Both the position numbers and the translations under genes were made by a program. DNA of 45,962 bases. Source: Spirogloea muscicola (taxonomy: Eukaryota). Below the pieces are notes generated by a model, which was not told the origin of the DNA, ran no database searches, and worked only from the letters and a program-made list of their open reading frames with translations. Of this stretch, positions 33,201-43,809 are shown piece by piece. How positions within the stretch are numbered: the stretch's first letter is position 1; each line of letters starts with the position of its first letter. Where the stretch lies: NCBI GenBank assembly GCA_009602725.1, contig WELB01000014.1, positions 515,999-561,960 on the forward strand, in the 5' to 3' direction.

Positions 33201-35450
33201 CAGTCTCAAGGCGCTTAAGAGGATGTCGCATGTTGTGAAGAAGCTAGCATGGGAACCTCACAGCTTGGGCATCGGAAGGTTGGGCCGCACTCGGGGCGTG
33301 GATGGCCCGCCAGGGCCACCATCGGCCTTGGATGGCTTGGCACCGGCCGCCAGGTCTTTGTCCCGCTTGGCCTTCTTGGGACCAAGCTTGAGTCCGTCTG
33401 CGCTCCTCTTCTGCTTCACAACGTATTGATCACAGCATATCAGAGAATCACCTATACTTGATAGTCCTTCTAGTCAAGGATATACAGCAGCTAGACCATG
33501 CAAGTCATATAAAGGAATGGAATACAGCCGCATTTGTAGCCACTAGCTGCCAGCCACATCTCGCCCTCACTAGGCCGGAACTTCGATTCAACCAGAAGCT
33601 GACCGCAGACCTTGCTGTCCTCGGTGTCAATATCCATGCCATCCATTCCCTGGCTCTGAGTGGCCACCTCCTTTTCATATTTATGCTCAATGGAACCCTC
33701 CAAGGCCTTCACAGTACAATGTGCAAAGCATCTCATGGGCACTAATTACGAATGCAGGGGTTTCGGTATGAAGCCGTAAGCCATTGACAAGAATCATGTG
33801 AAGGCTCACTAATCTGGCTGTAGGTATGACAAGCAGCGGTGGTTGAAAGAATGTCGGTAAGGCTAGAGACAGGCTTCGGACCACACCCCCCACTGGATCT
33901 CCTTCTGATTCAGTAACTCGATCTGCTCCGACTCCTTTCCCGTAAACGCCACTGAATCCTCCTCCTCCACGGCGGCTGACACTTGGCCAGGAAGGACTGT
34001 CAAAGCAGCAATCACAGCTCGGACTTATGTTCAATGCTCTTGCAAGAGTCGCGTGTATCCAGCAGCTATTACGAGAGGTAAAGAGAGCAGCTTTGGCATT
34101 GGCAAGTCTCAGAAAGCAAGAGAGTCCCGTCCGAGCAAAGTTTAGCGCATAGAACTCTATACATCCAGTGAAAGAGGCTGGTGAGCTGCGAGGTACCTTG
34201 GAGGTTGACATGCTCGTTGACGATGGAGAGTATGAGCATGAGCTCCGCGCCTTGCAGGAGTTGCAACAGGAGATTGAACGAGTACTGGCCACACATGGGA
34301 GGCACCGCGTCAGGCCCCGGCTCGACTGTAAGCTGTCCTCACGTCAGAGACCGCCTGCAACCAGAAGATTGCAAGAGCCTAATAGAGCCCTAACCAGGTG
34401 ATGATGAGTACATTCCCATACTCAGCAATAGCATGTCTCCAGTCCTTAAGTCACACTGCGGAGGCAGTCCAGGCGCTGGCTGACCTGGCAGAGCTTGACG
34501 TTGAACTTGTTGTCACGGAATGTGTGAACGAGGCCATTCTCCTGCATCACAAGGAAGCCCGCAGGCAAAGAGCTGGAGCTTATCCCTCGCTTGCAATGGT
34601 ACAGTAACAAGAGTGACTTGACTTGATGGCAGCTGAAGTTCTAGTGGCGTAATGTGAGCGGCAGCGCAGTGGTCACCTGCAAGTGGCGGGCGTCCGTGAC
34701 GCCCTCCAGCTTCTGCAGGTCCCGCAGGTGCACGCGCTCGTGGTCCACCTTGAACTCGCCAAAGAACTCCCTGGCTGCAGCGCGGCCCTCGTATGACGAG
34801 ATGGTGAGCCATGAGACGGTGACCACTCGGGGCAGCGATGCCAGCTGAGCTCATGACCGACACGCGACGTGGGTCGGCAGGCGGCAGGCTCGGCTTCGCG
34901 TCGTACCTTGCGATGGGTAGCCCTTGGACACGAGCTCCAGGAAGGCGTGCACGAAGACGGGGTAGAGGATGTGGAGAAGCTCAGTCTGCGCGGCGAGCTC
35001 TGCGGCGGCAGTCAGCAGGCCCGCAGCGGCAAGCGCTGCGAGGGAGGGCTCTTGCAGTGGCGGCGGCGGCAGCGGCGGCGGCGGCGGCGCACCTTGTAGA
35101 GGTCGAGCGAGGCGTGCACCCAGGCGCGCAGCTTGGCGTAGCCCTCACGGTAGCGTTGGGGGTTGCTGTCGGACCTGCCGCGGAGAGCCGGCCGACGGCC
35201 GTGAGGGCCCCCCGGTCGACGGCCGCGGCGGCGACGACGACGCAGGGGCGGCGAAGGCGGCGGCGGCGGCGGCGAACCTGTTGTAGAAGAGTATGGAGTT
35301 GGCGATGGAAACGTCGCCGGCGCCGGCGGCGGCAGCGAGCTCCTCGAGCGGCGCGACGCGCGCCTCGTCCTTGAAGGCCAGCTCCGCGTTGCGGTACCCC
35401 TTCTTCTTTAGGTACGCCAGCACCGCGCGCTCCATCTGCTCCTCGTCCAT
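30232..35450 (-). CDS. TAF5: Transcription initiation factor TFIID subunit 5 (about 20 exons)
   Basis: [153 protein letters not shown]. Confidence 0.97.
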
Positions 35451-35628
35451 GGCCGCCCCTGCCGCCGCCGCGGCCGCCGCCGCCGCCGACGCCGGCGGCG
35501 GCGCGGCACACAGTGTAGGGGAGAGGAATGAATATAAAACTATAATGTCATCATTATAGTTTATATATGTGTTATGTATATATGATAGCGAGGAAATTAG
35601 GGCTACACCAGACCCCTAATTTGCCGCC

Positions 35629-35665
<37 letters not shown>

Positions 35666-35742
35666 AGGTGCGGCCGCGTGGCAGAGCGGAAGCTAGGCTT
35701 TCCCGCATCCGGGTCCTGCTCCGCCGACGGCTCGCCGCCGCC
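35451..35742. promoter_or_regulatory. Compact putative bidirectional promoter (TAF5 / RING gene) with an AT-rich core and two inverted repeats, flanked by (GCC)n
   Basis: Divergent ATGs about 290 bp apart. TATAAAA at 35533-35539. Inverted repeats at 35537-35562 and 35594-35622. Confidence 0.65.
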
Positions 35743-35793
35743 ATGCCGCCAGCGCCATCCGACGACGCCGCCGCCGGCGTACTGCAGCGGCCA

Positions 35794-35824
<31 letters not shown>

Positions 35825-38202
35825 TGCCGGTGCCGCGCCCTGACCCAGACGGGCCTGCGACGCCTCGCGGTGGCCTGCCACCTGCAGACCGCTTCTGCCT
35901 GGCCTGCATCCAGCTCTGGTCCGCAGCCTCGACGCCTACGGCCCCCGCCGAGGGCGATCCTGACGGCCGCTGGCGCGGACCCGTCTGCCCGCTCTGCAAG
36001 GTGGGCGCCCAACTCCTGCCCCATGGCGCACACGGCTCGCCCACGTGCTGGAGCCTAAGTCAAAACCTCTAACCTCGACGTGTTTAAGTGCCCTGAATCC
36101 TAAACCCTAAACCCCTGACTCCATCCTCTAAACCCTCAGCACTGTCTAGCATATGGGGGCTGAGTCGCCATCTGTCGTCAGCGTCAGCGCTTCTCTGTCA
36201 GTGCCTGTATTGCTGGTGACTTTTCCACTGCTCTCGCCATTGTCCGTGCCGCCAACCTTGTGGCACAGAGCTGCATTTCCCATGTCCCCAGCTCACACTG
36301 CCCAAAGAGTCACCTCTGCCCATCAATGCTACTTTGCTATTTGCGAATGGGTTTTGGGGAGCTGCTGTAAGTACTCTCTTGTCGTGCGGGCGTGGTCAGG
36401 GAGCTGTCTCCGCCGCATAGGCAAGGGCAGTGTGCTAACGGGCTTCACTTTACATCCACAACTGTTGTGACATGTGAGGTTAAGCCACTCCTAAGTACCT
36501 GCAGTTGTTGTGACTGCCGGTGCAGACGCACTACACGACCGTCATCCACAACTTCTCCGGTCACGACTTCGAGCGCACGCGCGTGTGCCAGGCCCCTGGC
36601 AGGTCCCCTGTCTCTCCGACCTGCCATTGAAGACCGCTATTTATGAGTTTGGTGCTCCAGCAACTATGACATGGACAACCTTGCATTTTCATTCACATAC
36701 ATTTTCCTGCTCGTGGCAGAACAGACCGCAGTCATACCCTCTAGTGTGACCATTGCCCACAACAATGAGGCTCCTAGAAGGCAGGCTCCGAATATTGCCG
36801 CTACGCTGGCGTCATGCCGCCATTAGACATAAGACAAGCAGCTTGACATCCTATTGACTGTGGTGGCTTGCACGGCTTGGCTTTCTTCGCCTGCGCAGCC
36901 CCGATGCATTTGCGCTGTCCGACATTCAGCGCCAGCGCCGTGCTCGTTATATGCAACCTGGACCAGCTCTGGCAGGTGAGGCTTTGTAAGCTGCAAGAGC
37001 AAGGACACTTGAGTTTGATCAGATTCTCGTGTCAAGCTCCACAGACCATTGATCATTCTCTAGCCACAATGTCACTAAAATTGGGCCTACTTCACCCCTT
37101 TGGTTCTGGAGGGGTTGAAGTCACAGCAGTGCGTATTTGCAGCAATCTTTCCTGGTACTGGACTTCAGCTGGCACTCATTTTTAGAGGTAGACACAATCC
37201 CGACAAACTTTGTGTAAGCTTGCTTGGTTGCCGCTAACTCAGATGGCCAGGCGTCAACAGCGTCGAACGGCGAGCCCAAACTACCTGGGGAACAGCGCCG
37301 TGAAGAGCTCGCTCCGCCTCCAAGACCCTGGATCCGGCACACCTCCCCAGGGGAACAAAAGCGGTGGCTCCGCTGCTGGGTCCACCGGGAGCTCCAAGCC
37401 CTCATGCTGGTCAGAGATTTTTCTCTGGGCCTGAAAGAGTCAAGTCTGCATGGCTTGTATAGGACGGCATACTTCTGGGGCTGGAAAGAAAAGAGCTGCG
37501 CTTCGAAGTCATGAAGTGCGGCAAAGATATTTGCTTTGCTACACTTCACGACTATGTACCTCTCTATAAGTTGGGCAAAATGGCATGACTCTGGCTGAGC
37601 CTCATTGTGCCAGTCATTCATGCAGGTGGAGGACGTAGACGTTGTTGCGCTGCACGTTATCGGCGTCATTGAAACACTGCTACCCAGGTCTGATTCAAAC
37701 ATATTATCCATGAGTCAAGGATAAGATGTTTTCTGGCAAACTGGTTGCAAATACCTGCTGCTGCCGAGACTTGTACTTACTCACAGATATCAGGAAGGTG
37801 CTAGGAGTCAACCGTTCAGGTCAGCCTCTGAGTTCCTGCAGGCCGGGCAAGAAGACTTGGATAGTTGCCCCGCAAGCTGGCCGAGGATGGAGAGAGACCG
37901 CCCCTTGGAGCGTGGCTGTTGTGAAAGCAGTCAGGCCATTTGTCTTCGAGCACGCAGAGCAATTCGAGGAGGAATTAAGAAGGTTTCTGGCCTTGGAGAT
38001 GGACATTGCCGCTTACGATGCTGCAATGATCGGCGCAGCCGCCGCTGGCCCTGCTGCTGTGGTAAGTCCACAAGCTGAGGCGACCAGTATTGACCTGCCA
38101 TTGCAAGCTCTGTCGGGTCGTCTGATCCTACGAAGCTGCTCAACTTTGGTCACAGTTTCAGGACCTAATGCAGCACACATTCTCAAGCAGGAGCCCAGCT
38201 GA
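35743..38202 (+). CDS. Topors-like RING-finger E3 ligase family protein; first half of the RING motif not found
   Basis: RFCLACIQLW..CPLCK|THYTTVIHNF; RWLRCWVHRELQALML|VEDVDVVALHVIGVI; AVRPFVFEHAEQFEEELRRFLALEMDIAAYD. Start and end positions are uncertain. Confidence 0.78.
36055..36140 (+). repeat. Intronic telomere-like tract (AAACCCT variants)
   Basis: CAAAACCTCTAACCT...GAATCCTAAACCCTAAACCCCT...CTAAACCCT. Confidence 0.8.
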
Positions 38203-39440
38203 GCGAAAACATTGCAACGATCGGAGAAACCCTAATGTCCAGCAGTGTCGCAGTGCCAGGCTCTCCGCGCTATCAGTCTGCAAGGTGTTTGGTGAGTCAT
38301 CTGACCGGCTGCAAAGCTGTTACGGAAGCAAGCTTTGCTTGCTCCACTCCTATCTCCCTCTCAAGGTTTGGAATAATGTCAGTGTTTACTGCAAATCTTG
38401 ACACTATGGTGGAATATGCCTGAGTTATGCACCTGTGGCACTAAGGATTGAGACAGATTCTGGTGGTCACAGATTGCAACTGGCTTCATTGCTTGGTCTG
38501 GTTTGCAGCCTTCTGGACACACTCAAGAGGCTAGCCCATAGCCCAGCACTTGTCATTCAGGGGAACTAAGAAGAAGATCCGCATAACCGTACCGTCTTAC
38601 AACAGTTTCAAGCCTCTCCTCTTCGAATTGCGCAGAGGTGACTATCTACAAAGGTTTCTGCTTCACCACTCCAGTTGCACATGGAAGAATGGCATCATGC
38701 AATGTAATCATCCATGCTTTGACTAGCCAACGTGCCAGGACAAAGAATGTTGACTCCAGGCACCGTCCTTGGGCCCAGCATTTGACCAGTAGTTGCGCCA
38801 CTGCTAAGTGGTATCAAGACAGCCACGATGGCACAGGCTACTTGGGAATAAGTCTAATGCAACATACCATTGACGGCAATCCCGCTGCTTTTTCCTGGTA
38901 TGCAGGTTTGAACTCTGCCCTCAGGTTCTGCACATTCTGGACACGGAGTCTCCGAGAGCTCAATTGCTGAAGGCCTCCGCGTCAAGGCTCACACCACAAG
39001 CAGAGCTACAATGGCTTCAAGTGCACCTGCATCGTAATCTGCTTACGGTAAATTCTGCTGTCAAACAATGTTGAAGAACAATGTGCGATTAACATTTGCT
39101 GCACAGACGTAAATTGTTACTGTCACAAGCTCCCCTTTTATTTTTAGGACTCCCTCTACTCATGTTGTCTACATCAATGACCTGCTTTCATAGACGTAAT
39201 CTGAGTAGTGCCTCCTATTTCTTAGCTGACCACAGTCTACACAGTCGATGTCAGGCTTCAGCACCTTAAAGGTGGTAGTGCATTCCGGGTAACATCTCTT
39301 CTTGCACTCACTTGGGGCTCACATCCACGTTACAAGTCTACATCGTGATTCAATGGATCTACAACTTGTGCCACATTGATTATGCGTCAGCCTATGCAGT
39401 GTTCAATCTAGCAGTAGGGTAATCGGGTTTAACAAAATTG

Positions 39441-42400
39441 TTATTGGACCCTAGCTGTGCCTTTCGTTCTCTCCTGCACAAGCTGGTCATACACGGCCTG
39501 ACTGTGGATGAGAAGATTTTTGGCAGCATCATAAGTGGTCAAGCGTATGCTGCAAGAGAGCACAGAATAAATTGTCAAGATATAAGCTCAGTCATGAGAT
39601 TCATGCCGCTCTCTGTTAGTAAAGCCCTGTAGCTAATAAGTATGACTTGTGTAAATACCAGGCAGCAAACTCCAGTATGTCAGCTGATCATGACAGACAA
39701 TTGCGTTACACACGGTTGTTGACTACAATACCTGCTGTTCGGCAGATTCTTGAGAGCATTGGCAAGAAAGCCCCTGTAGAGACCTGGGACACCATCTCGA
39801 TCAATGATGCCTGTCGCATCAAGATACACAGTTAGTTGCATGACACCTTGGTGGACAAACTCAGGGGCTGGTCGTGTCCGGGGCAATCGGCTCCTCATAG
39901 TGGCGTGCAAATGCTAACAGGTCTTTGAGCTGCTTGCTGAGCTACACACTTGCAGCCAAGAAAGAACCTTGCATAAAAATTTGACCCCCATGTAGCATAA
40001 TGCAAGGTATTGGGACAGTGAGCTTCTGACCTGGAATGGCATCAAATACTGTCTTATACGGACTCCCCCGCATTTGCATTTGGCGCCTCACTGTGTCCAA
40101 TGGGTAGCACATAACTGTGGCAAAGGTGGCCGAGCACAAGGCTGTGATAAAGGATGCCTGGGGCTTTTTCCTGAAGTCCTCGGGCAAAGATTTCTTGATC
40201 CTGCCAAGCCTCAAATTGCACAGTCAGTCCCACAAAATCTCTTGGATGCGAGCTCTTGAGAATCTCCAGTAGGCATGCTCTGCCCAGGCACTCGGATTTG
40301 GCAATCTAGCAATATCAAGAGTTGCCATGAACGACTGCAAATCCTAAGTATGGGTTTGTCAGTGACTGTCTTTGTTCACACCAGCAACCTAGTTCCTTAC
40401 TACTGAAGTGCAACTAATATTACCAGCTACTCCTCAAATAGATAGTGGCATGTGGACTGCCAGCAGCTTCGTTAGCAGCCCCCCTGTTTAGGATGACTCT
40501 CCAGGGACAAGATCCACTCACAGGTCAAAAACCACAAAGTTGAGAGCCACGTAAGGAGCGATCCCTAGAAGAGATGGCCCTAAGCCCTTGTAAAAAGATG
40601 ACAGACCCTCGTCACGCAGCATACCTGTCACCACCTGGATTTTTGCAGACCAAAATATCACTTTGGCACCTGTCAAAATCCTAATGCAGCGCCCGTTCCT
40701 GGACCAAAATCAGTCTGACAAAATGCAAAATGCAAAGTGTATGTCTAATGCACAGTCCGATACACATCGCACACACAGTGTCAAGAGGCTGGCATTACAA
40801 TCTCTATGAGATGATGCAACATAGCATTAGACAACCTGCAATATGCATTATCAGAGATAATTGTTTCACCCTGTAGAAGGTCATGACTGTACTGTCCCCT
40901 TGTCCTGTCCCCTTGAACTCTTTCTAGTACTAAGACGCTGGATTGCACGGGATGAAAAATTGCTAACTAGGCGTCACACTTTAGGTGAGACATACAGACA
41001 TACCTGGCGCATGGACTTAGTAGACGAATCGACTGCAAGTCGAAGGCGCAGCACATCGAGAGGATAAGTCACCTGGAAGACATGTATCATACAGGTTAGC
41101 ATATGTAGACTCCTCCACATTCTTTTCTTGCATCTTTGCTGCCATATCAAGACAACATCTTGCGGTGTAGTTGAGATGAACATACAAGAGTCGATGTCAT
41201 GCCTGCGCACGCCCCGGCTGCAAGCCGCGAACCAACAGAGAGCTGATCACTGCTCCCTTGAAAACCTTTCTGGATATTTTTGATTTTGCCCACACATAGC
41301 GACTGTCAGCAGAATGTCCCAGCAGATCTTACCACGTGCAAAGAGACAAGAGGCTGGTGTACGAGCGGCAACCAGCTTGTCAGGGTTGAAACTTGCCTTA
41401 AAGAGCTCGTATGCAAAGAGCTGGACAGCGCTATATGGTATCACTCTGATGACCTGCACAATATGCGTCACTCAGTTGAGTAGCTACAGGATGCAGGTCT
41501 GCATTTTCCAAGAAACAGAAGTAAGGCATGAATACAACGTAGCATGACTGAAGGAGGACATCTTGTCTTTTTTCATCGTCACCTGAGGAAGGTTGCCTTT
41601 CCAGTATCCAGGAAGACCTTCTTCTGAGCCAATCTTGAGCAGTGACTGTGAGAGATGACACATATATTTGTATCAGCAAGTTTTGACCATGGTGAGAAAG
41701 TCAAGGCACTCCTTGCGTATTTTACAAGTCTCTCCCCTCCTAGACATCAACAACTTGAGGACAGCATAAACAATGTGAACTTCTCAGCCAATATGCATGC
41801 CTAAGCATTGCTGAGCAAGCTAGCTGCAGTACATGACGACATGCCTGAATGAAGCCCAAAGCTTTCTCAGCACCCGGCTCACGTGCCTGGATAGCTTGCA
41901 CCTACATTGAACACACTGTTGTCAGCGTATATCAGCGAGCTGATACCTGCTTGAAGTGAGACAAGCTCTGACAACACATGCAGCAACAGCTGGGACTACT
42001 GACCTGCATAAGCAACTTGACTCTGTCAAGAGGTGCAGTCACGGTTTTAGCCGCAGCTCCAGCGACTGCCCCTGCGATGAACAGGGCAAGGTCCTGCCAC
42101 AAGAGGAATACAACATCAACTGCTAGCTGCAGCTGCAGCTGTTCCTCATGTATCAGACGCTGCTGATAAGGAAGTCGTCACCAGAAGCAGTCTTACTTAT
42201 GACCACGTGCTTGTACCTGATCATGTCCGATTGGAGGTTGGTTAACATGCATGGAGGTTTGCCCTTGCAGATGCTGGCAGAGGTCTCAAAGGGAAAGACA
42301 AGGCATAGAGCTTGGCTCAGCCAGTTGCGCACCTTTGGAACATATTTAATGAAAGCGATGGGGCGGGAGAAGAGCTGGCTGGTGGTCGGATGCTCAGCAA

Positions 42401-42761
42401 ACGCATCGCCCTCGGTGAAGTCCCCATCCTTCAGTTTCCCATGGGCCGCAGACGTTGCCGCAGTGCTCAGCGATGCAAAGCAAATGCCACTTGCTCTTGC
42501 AGTCGTTGTCCCGACGCCGTGAGGCTGCAACCACGCTTGACATCTAGCGACTGCTTTTCTTGCAGCGTCCGCAGGCGCACGAAGGCCGGGCCTCCGACGG
42601 AGCCATCGCCGTCGCTGTGGTGACAAGCTGAAGGGCCCCCCTGCCTCAAAGCGAAAGCGCAGCGGCTCCTTCGGCTGGCAGTCGCTCGGAAGGGGCCGTT
42701 GCGTGGGGCCGTCAAGCTCCACGCCCGAGATCGCGGCGCCCTGCGCCTGGTCTCGCTCCAT
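39441..42761 (-). CDS. TAAC: Mitochondrial-carrier-family plastid adenine nucleotide carrier (TAAC/EAAC-like), 10 exons
   Basis: DLALFIAGAVAGAAAKTVTAPLDRVKLLMQ; GYWKGNLPQ|VIRVIPYSAVQLFAYE; RLAAGACAGMTSTL|VTYPLDVLRLRLAV; GLGPSLLGIAPYVALNF; CYPLDTVRRQMQM; ALKNLPNS|SIRLTTYD. Confidence 0.93.
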
Positions 42762-42908
42762 CCGGCAACGCTTGCTCGCAAGGTCCTCAGCGAGCAGCGC
42801 TACCGCCTTGCGGCTTACACGAAGCAACGCTGAGCGCCCCAGGGACTTTCCTGCGGCCCGCGGCGGGCCCTTGGGGGGCCGGCGCCCGGCGCGGCGGCGG
42901 CGGCGGCG

Positions 42909-43101
42909 NNNNNNNNNNNNNNNNNNNNNNNNNNNNNNNNNNNNNNNNNNNNNNNNNNNNNNNNNNNNNNNNNNNNNNNNNNNNNNNNNNNNNNNNNNNN
43001 NNNNNNNNNNNNNNNNNNNNNNNNNNNNNNNNNNNNNNNNNNNNNNNNNNNNNNNNNNNNNNNNNNNNNNNNNNNNNNNNNNNNNNNNNNNNNNNNNNNN
43101 N
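42909..43101. other. Assembly gap (N run)
   Basis: Run of n between a GGC repeat and a retroelement fragment. Confidence 1.
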
Positions 43102-43282
43102 CCCGTGCGCTGCACCTTCGTGCCGGGAGAGCCCTCGCTGCTGCCTCTGGCTCTGTCCAGGGGACCCACTTCCAGGACCCTAGCCTCTCTGATTTGCGGC
43201 TGCTTAGCAGGGGTTACTGAGTAATTTGTAGCTGCTTTCTTTCTTTGTGTGCTTTGGTTTCTTAGCGCTTCCTCTGGCTTCT
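43102..43282 (+). mobile_element. Lineage-A retrotransposon 3' fragment
   Basis: Encodes RALHLRAGRALAAASGSVQGTHFQDPSLSDLRLLSRGY* plus a partial 3' UTR matching 6945-6990 and 20880-20930. Confidence 0.92.
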
Positions 43283-43339
43283 TTGGAGGGGCTCACTTCC
43301 TTGCTTCCTTTGGAAGCTTGGAGAATTAATGAGCACACA

Positions 43340-43616
43340 CTCGCAGCAGTCATGGAGTGTATCTCCGTGCTTTTTGCGCTTTCTTTAATGCCTGCTCAAG
43401 TTGTTCTGGCGTGTAAACTGCAGTCGATGGTTGACCACGACTGCTACTCTCACCGGCTAGCTACTCAGACTTGCATCTCCTGAGTAGAGGTTACTGATCG
43501 TTCCCTAGCTGATGTCTCAGTCCTAGTCCTTCCCACTCCGGCTCCTTCAGACCTTGTCCATTCCTTTGGGCTGGCTTTTCCCAGCCACCAGTCAATGTGG
43601 CCGCGCTTTCTTCTTA
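43340..43616 (+). mobile_element. Diverged lineage-C retrotransposon 3' end
   Basis: SDLHLLSRGY* ends at 43497. The 3' UTR reads AGACCTTGTCCATTCCTTTGGGCTGGCTTTTCCCAGCC...CTTTCTTCTT. 5' boundary approximate. Confidence 0.75.
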
Positions 43617-43809
43617 CTCTCGACATTGGCCATAAAGGCCTCAATGCCTGATTTAGTTGGCCATATGCAGTCACCTTCTGTACACACAGGCACTGCCGGG
43701 CGACTGGGCCATTGTGCGCTGTACTTATGCCTGTAACATATACAGGTAAACAATGACCACCTCCAACTTGTTTCGCAAGCGTATACCAAATGAAGAAAAG
43801 TATAGGTGG

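Noticed and set aside
33470..33485. ATATCCTTGAC (U12 donor/branch-like) on the minus strand in TAF5
   Set aside because: It lies mid-intron. The flanking exons join with ordinary GT-AG sites.
38250..39430. Short ORFs between the RING and TAAC 3' ends
   Set aside because: No recognisable motifs or consistent exon chain; likely UTR or intergenic.
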